This document shows, one piece after another, positions 59,459-64,000 of a stretch of DNA of 64,000 nucleotides (position 1 is its first letter; the number at the start of each line of letters is the position of its first letter). A program made the translations under genes and the position numbers. This stretch comes from Acidimicrobiaceae bacterium. GTDB taxonomy: Bacteria > Actinomycetota > Acidimicrobiia > Acidimicrobiales > RAAP-2. The notes below the pieces were generated by a model. That model was given only the letters and a program-made list of their open reading frames with translations. It was not told where the DNA came from and searched no databases. The stretch covers positions 3,312 to 67,311 of the forward strand of contig PKWW01000027.1 in NCBI GenBank assembly GCA_003132165.1. Reading direction: 5' to 3'.

Positions 59459-60538
59459 ATGGGCGAACTACCGAAGGTCGTGGCGAACTTCGTGGAGCAA
59501 CCGACGGGTGTCGCGTGGCCGACGAGCGAGTGGCCACGTTCGACGTGCGCGTCGCAACGTGACCTCGAAGATGTCGCCGCAGAGGCCTTCGGATCTGAAT
59601 TGCTCGGCGCCACGAACGCCGTGGTAGTCATCCAGGGAGGCCGAGTCCTCCTCGAACGTTACGGCGGGGTCCTGGAGTTCTTCGACCGGCCCGCTGAGGC
59701 CGTCGACGCCAGCAGCCAGCTCCTCTCCTGGTCAATGGCGAAGTCGATGCTGCACATGATCATCGGCACGCTCGTCGATGGGGGCGTCCTGTCGCCGGAT
59801 CAGATCGCCCCGGTCCGGGAGTGGTCGAGTCTCGACGATCCGCGTCACATGATCCATATCCGCGACCTGCTCGCCATGCGCGACGGTCTCGCCTTCGTGG
59901 AGAACTACGTGGTCGGCGAGGTCAGCCACGTCATCGAGATGCTCTTCGGCGAAGGCAAGGACGACGTCGCCGCTTACACCGCCCAACTCCCCCTCGCCCA
60001 CGAACCCGGCACGTTCTTCAACTACTCGAGCGGCACGACCAACGTGCTCAGCCGGATAGTGGCGGACCAGGTGGGCTACGGCGACGCCTACCGCGCGTAC
60101 CTCGACCAACAGCTCTTCGCGCCGCTCGGCATGAAGAGCGCCGAAGCGACGTTCGACCCGACCGGCGTCTTCATCGCGTCGAGCTACGTCCACGCGACCG
60201 CGCTCGACTTCGCCAAGTTCGGATTGCTCTACCTGCGCGGCGGCCAATGGGACACGCAACGCCTCATCTCCGAGACCTGGGCCGGCACCGCCCAGCTCCC
60301 CCACAGTCTCGACGAGGAAAGTGGCAACTTCTACTCGTGGCAGTGGTGGGTCACCGGTGACCGGTACGGAACGTACTGGGCCAACGGCTACGAGGGCCAG
60401 ATGATCAACGTGATCCCCGCGATGGACGCGCTGGTGCTGCGATTCGGCCACACTGACGCCGCGAACTACCCGGCGCTCAACGAGTGGCGCCATCGCGTAC
60501 TCGAGGTGCTCGCGAAGGAGTTCTACGCGCCTTCGTAG
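59459..60538 (+). CDS. Serine hydrolase, beta-lactamase class C-like
   Basis: SWSMAKS (SxxK), FNYSSG (YxS), WANGYEGQ. Confidence 0.9.
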   Translation: MGELPKVVANFVEQPTGVAWPTSEWPRSTCASQRDLEDVAAEAFGSELLGATNAVVVIQGGRVLLERYGGVLEFFDRPAEAVDASSQLLSWSMAKSMLHMIIGTLVDGGVLSPDQIAPVREWSSLDDPRHMIHIRDLLAMRDGLAFVENYVVGEVSHVIEMLFGEGKDDVAAYTAQLPLAHEPGTFFNYSSGTTNVLSRIVADQVGYGDAYRAYLDQQLFAPLGMKSAEATFDPTGVFIASSYVHATALDFAKFGLLYLRGGQWDTQRLISETWAGTAQLPHSLDEESGNFYSWQWWVTGDRYGTYWANGYEGQMINVIPAMDALVLRFGHTDAANYPALNEWRHRVLEVLAKEFYAPS

Positions 60539-61077
60539 GGGAAGCCCAGATCGGGTGCGCTGAAGAGCGCCGCAAAACTCAGGCCCTCCTCGGCCGCCAT
60601 GGCGGTAACGGTGCCGCCGCGGTCGACGACCGCGAGCAGCAGCACCACTTCGGCGCCGTAGTCGCGTACGACTCGGGCGGCCTCGAGCAAGCTCGAGCCG
60701 CGCGTGACAGTGTCCTCGGTGATGGCCACGCGATCGCCCACCAGCAACGATCCGGCGATGCGTCCGCCCGCTCCGTGATCCTTCACTTCCTTACGCACAC
60801 TGAAGGCCCGTAACATCCTCCCGCGCGTGGCCGCGACGCCCGCGGTGATGAAGGTGACGCCGTCGGCGCCCATGGTGAGCCCCCCGATCGCAGTGGTGCC
60901 GCTCGGAATCTTCTCGAGCACGAGCGAAGCGACATCGACCATCATCTCCGGAGCGCAGACCGTCTGCTTCGAGTCGATGAACCACGACGAGGTCCGCCCC
61001 GACTTCAAGACGAAGTTGCCCCGCCGCACCGAGTGCTCGAGCAGGTGTGCCAGTACCCGGCTACGCGCGTCGCTCAC
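60523..61077 (-). CDS. pyrE: Orotate phosphoribosyltransferase
   Basis: FVLKSG, VRKEVKDHG, AITEDTVTRGSS PRPP motif. Confidence 0.93.
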   Translation of the reverse strand: MSDARSRVLAHLLEHSVRRGNFVLKSGRTSSWFIDSKQTVCAPEMMVDVASLVLEKIPSGTTAIGGLTMGADGVTFITAGVAATRGRMLRAFSVRKEVKDHGAGGRIAGSLLVGDRVAITEDTVTRGSSLLEAARVVRDYGAEVVLLLAVVDRGGTVTAMAAEEGLSFAALFSAPDLGFPYEGA

Positions 61078-62135
61078 GACAGCACGACCGATCCCGAACC
61101 CGAACGAATGTTCCCGATCACCGAGACCGTGATGCCACAGGCCCGCACCGTCTCAACGGCCTCGTCGACATCGTCGGCGTCGACGCACACGACCATGCCG
61201 AGCCCGCAGTTGAAGACGCGCACCATCTCATCGGCGCTCACCGCGCCGCGCCGCTGGATCTCGAAGAAGATCTCCGGGGTCTCGAAACTCTCCATATGGA
61301 TCACCGCATCGCGCGTCGGGGGAAGGATGCGCACTACGTTACCGAGGATTCCTCCACCCGTGATGTGCGCGGCGGCGCGTAGCCCCACGCCGAGCACGTC
61401 GCGCAGGGCGACGATGGCGGGTGCGTAGATGACCGACGGTACGAGCAACTCGTCGCCGAGCGTGCGTGCGGCACCTTCGTAGGCGGGCTCGTTCAAAGAG
61501 TCCGGGCCCGTCATGAGCACCTTGCGGGCCAGCGAGTAGCCGTTCGAACGAAGGCCCGGTGACGCGAATCCCAACAGCACGTCACCCTTGTGGACCCGAT
61601 GCGGTCCGAGCTCGTGGCCGCGCTCGACGACGCCAACCGCAAATCCGGCGACGTCCAATTCGTCGGGCTTCATGACACCGCCGTGTTCGGCGGTCTCGCC
61701 ACCCAACAGGGCGGTGTTGGCTGTTCGACAACCCAGGGCGATCCCGCTCACGAGTTCCTCGAGCCGACTGGGATCGAGCGCTCCGACCGCCACGTAGTCG
61801 AGCAGGAAGAGCGGTTCGGCGCCGACGCAGGCGAGATCGTCGACCAGCATCGCCACGAGGTCGATCCCGACCGAGTCGTAGCGCCCGACCTGTCGGGCCA
61901 CCTCCAGCTTCGTGCCCACGCCGTCGGCCGAGGCGACGAGCACGGGGTCCTTCAGCTTCTTCGTATTCAGTGCGAATAGACCAGCGAAGCCGCCGATGCC
62001 GCCGAGGACCTCAGGGCGCTTCGTGCTGTTGACCGCATCCTTGATCCTCTCGACCGCCTCATCGCCCACCTCGATGGAAACCCCCGCCGCGGCGTAGGTC
62101 ATCCCCCCGTCGGGCTGATCAAGCAGTCGGCTCAC
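61074..62135 (-). CDS. purM: Phosphoribosylformylglycinamidine cyclo-ligase
   Basis: TYAAAGV, DGVGTKL, GGETAEH, SNGYSL, HITGGG, FNCGLG. Confidence 0.97.
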   Translation of the reverse strand: MSRLLDQPDGGMTYAAAGVSIEVGDEAVERIKDAVNSTKRPEVLGGIGGFAGLFALNTKKLKDPVLVASADGVGTKLEVARQVGRYDSVGIDLVAMLVDDLACVGAEPLFLLDYVAVGALDPSRLEELVSGIALGCRTANTALLGGETAEHGGVMKPDELDVAGFAVGVVERGHELGPHRVHKGDVLLGFASPGLRSNGYSLARKVLMTGPDSLNEPAYEGAARTLGDELLVPSVIYAPAIVALRDVLGVGLRAAAHITGGGILGNVVRILPPTRDAVIHMESFETPEIFFEIQRRGAVSADEMVRVFNCGLGMVVCVDADDVDEAVETVRACGITVSVIGNIRSGSGSVVLS

Positions 62136-63532
62136 CAGCGCCCGCCCGCGATGCCCAGCGCGACCGGCGTCGGAGCGGGGTAGTTGCCGGTGAGACACGC
62201 GTCACAGCACTCCCCGTCGAGACGGATCGCGGTGCGCAGATTCTCGAGCGTGATGAACTCGAGCGTGTCCGAGCCAATGAAGTCGTTCATCTCGGCGATC
62301 GAATGGTTGGCAGCGAGCAGGTCGTCGCGCGTGGGCGTGTCGATGCCGAAGTAGCACGGCCACATGAACGGCGGCGACGAGATGCGCAGATGCACTTCCT
62401 TTGCGCCGGCGTCGCGCAGCATCTTGACCAGCGCCTGGGTGGTGGTGCCGCGCACGATCGAGTCGTCGACGACGACCAGTCGCTGGCCCTCGATGTTCTC
62501 GCGCAGGGGATTGAGTTTGCGCCGAACGCTCGCGGCCCGCTTGTTCTGGTCGGGGGCGATGAACGTACGTCCGATGTAACGGTTCTTCACCAGTCCGTAG
62601 CCAAAGGGAATCCCTGACGCCTTGGCGTAACCCTCGGCGGCGGGCACGCCCGAGTCGGGCACGCCCATGACGATGTCCGCCTCGACCTTGGACTGGCCGG
62701 CGAGCAGTTCACCCATGCGTCGGCGGGTCGTGTGGACCTGGTGCCCCATGAGGTAGGTATCGGGTCTCGCGAAGTAGACGAACTCGAAGATGCACAGTTT
62801 CTGTTTTTCACCGGCGGGCTCGAGCAGTTGCACCGAGGTGACGCCTTCATTCGTGATCGTCACCATCTCGCCGGGACCGATCTCGCGGATGAACGATGCA
62901 CCCACGACGTCGAGCGCGGGCGACTCCGAAGCGACGATCCAGCCTTCGGGCTCGTCCTCGGTGCCGAGACGGCCGAGACAGAGCGGGCGGAATCCGTAGG
63001 GGTCGCGCACCGCGTGCACCACGTTGGCTTCGAGGATCACCATCGAGAAGGCGCCTTCTGCTCTCGCCAGCACTTCGCCCAGCGCGCCACTCAGTGTGAG
63101 ACCGCGGTCGACCGCACGCGCGAGCAGTTCTGCGACGAGGTCCGAGTCCGAGAGCATGGAGGTGACCTGGATGCCGGCGTGCGCGGCGAGTGCGTCGGTA
63201 TTGGTGAGGTTGCCGTTGTGCGCAATCGCAAAGCCCGAGGAGCCGGCCGAGCGGTACACGGGCTGCGCCGCGGTCCAGTTCGCCGAGCCCGACGTCGAGT
63301 AGCGCGTGTGGCCAATGACGAGCGATCCCGCGAGGGCACGAAGCGTGGTGTCGGCGAAGACGTGACTGACCAGTCCGTTGTCCTTCACGACCGTGATCTG
63401 CTGATTGTGGAACGTGGCCATACCAGCCGATTCCTGGCCGCGATGCTGTAGCGCGAAGAGCGCGTCGTAACAGAGATGTGAGACGTCGCGACCAGGAGCA
63501 ACTATTCCAACTACGCCGCAGGCTTCCTTCAT
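62132..63532 (-). CDS. purF: Amidophosphoribosyltransferase
   Basis: EACGVVG N-terminal Cys, QHRGQES, GHTRYST, VVDDSIVRGTT. Confidence 0.97.
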   Translation of the reverse strand: MKEACGVVGIVAPGRDVSHLCYDALFALQHRGQESAGMATFHNQQITVVKDNGLVSHVFADTTLRALAGSLVIGHTRYSTSGSANWTAAQPVYRSAGSSGFAIAHNGNLTNTDALAAHAGIQVTSMLSDSDLVAELLARAVDRGLTLSGALGEVLARAEGAFSMVILEANVVHAVRDPYGFRPLCLGRLGTEDEPEGWIVASESPALDVVGASFIREIGPGEMVTITNEGVTSVQLLEPAGEKQKLCIFEFVYFARPDTYLMGHQVHTTRRRMGELLAGQSKVEADIVMGVPDSGVPAAEGYAKASGIPFGYGLVKNRYIGRTFIAPDQNKRAASVRRKLNPLRENIEGQRLVVVDDSIVRGTTTQALVKMLRDAGAKEVHLRISSPPFMWPCYFGIDTPTRDDLLAANHSIAEMNDFIGSDTLEFITLENLRTAIRLDGECCDACLTGNYPAPTPVALGIAGGRW

Positions 63533-63627
63533 GCGCCCTCCACCTTATGGGTCACGGGATGGAAAGGCACTGCCATATTCTCGCACAGACGAAGGGACGG
63601 TCTACGCCGCATCTGTACTGTAGGTAC

Positions 63628-64000
63628 GTGATTGACCTCCATACGCACTCGAACTTCTCGGACGGCTCCGATTCTCCGGCTGAGTTGGCCCAAAAGGCTC
63701 ACGATCTGGGAATATCGGCGATTGCGCTCACGGACCACGACACGACGTTGAGCCACGAGGAGATGCAGGACGCTTGCGACCGGCTGGGAATGGAACTGAT
63801 CCCCGGTTTCGAGGTGTCACTGCGCGACGACCAATGGCTCAAACGACTTCCCGACGGAACCGAGAAGACGCGGAGCGTCCACGTCCTGGCGTACTTCGTC
63901 CCCCTCGAATCCGCTCATCCGCTGCAGCGCAAGTTGGAGTTGCTGCGTCACGACCGCGACGTGCGCAACAAGGAGTTGGTGGCGGTCCTCAACGGTTTGG
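63628..64000 (+). CDS. PHP domain protein, 5' part (runs off the window)
   Basis: GTG start; IDLHTHSNFSDG, ALTDHDT, GFEVS, VHVLAY; absent from the ORF track because it has no stop in the window. Confidence 0.88.
   Translation, partial: MIDLHTHSNFSDGSDSPAELAQKAHDLGISAIALTDHDTTLSHEEMQDACDRLGMELIPGFEVSLRDDQWLKRLPDGTEKTRSVHVLAYFVPLESAHPLQRKLELLRHDRDVRNKELVAVLNGL

Noticed and set aside
1-64000. CRISPR array, transposase, integrase or prophage genes
   Set aside because: No repeat-spacer series, DDE or recombinase motifs, or phage genes were seen; the only tandem repeat is coding and in frame.
1-64000. Numerous long antisense and alternate-frame ORFs in the track (e.g. 25719-26954, 27476-28777, 40877-41926)
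   Set aside because: They shadow well-supported genes, are Arg/Pro/Gly-rich and carry no motifs, as expected in high-GC DNA.

Overview
GC-rich bacterial chromosomal segment, by inference Actinomycetota and probably Acidimicrobiia (F420-dependent LLM enzyme, PspC-fused kinase, actinobacterial-type tRNAs). Most of it is housekeeping and metabolism: nadA(partial)-nadB-nadC, two acyl-CoA synthetases, an alpha-glucan operon (glgP, a malQ-glgB fusion, a GH57/DUF3536 hydrolase, a second glgP), pyruvate kinase, a dat-ddc diaminopropane operon, trhO, a PspC/two-component locus, dipZ, an alkyl sulfatase, pit, tRNA-Asp/tRNA-Phe, purF-purM-pyrE and a partial PHP gene. I found no CRISPR array, transposase, integrase or prophage gene. 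The best candidates for something undescribed are: (1) an ECF sigma/zinc anti-sigma module whose promoter (TGATCC-N17-GTA) can be read directly upstream of both the sigma gene and a secreted-protein/desaturase/DoxX operon; (2) a small SHOCT protein with a His/Cys-rich 66-bp tandem repeat; (3) the in-frame MalQ-GlgB fusion in a two-phosphorylase operon lacking glgA/glgC; (4) a 5' leader that can form an SD-sequestering pseudoknot ahead of a peptidase S51-like gene. Several decayed relics are also visible (a tRNA-Glu-like element, a glutamate decarboxylase tail, a frameshifted reductase). All family assignments come from motif recognition by eye; no database search was run. Where my start codon differs from the ORF track it was chosen from RBS or overlap evidence.
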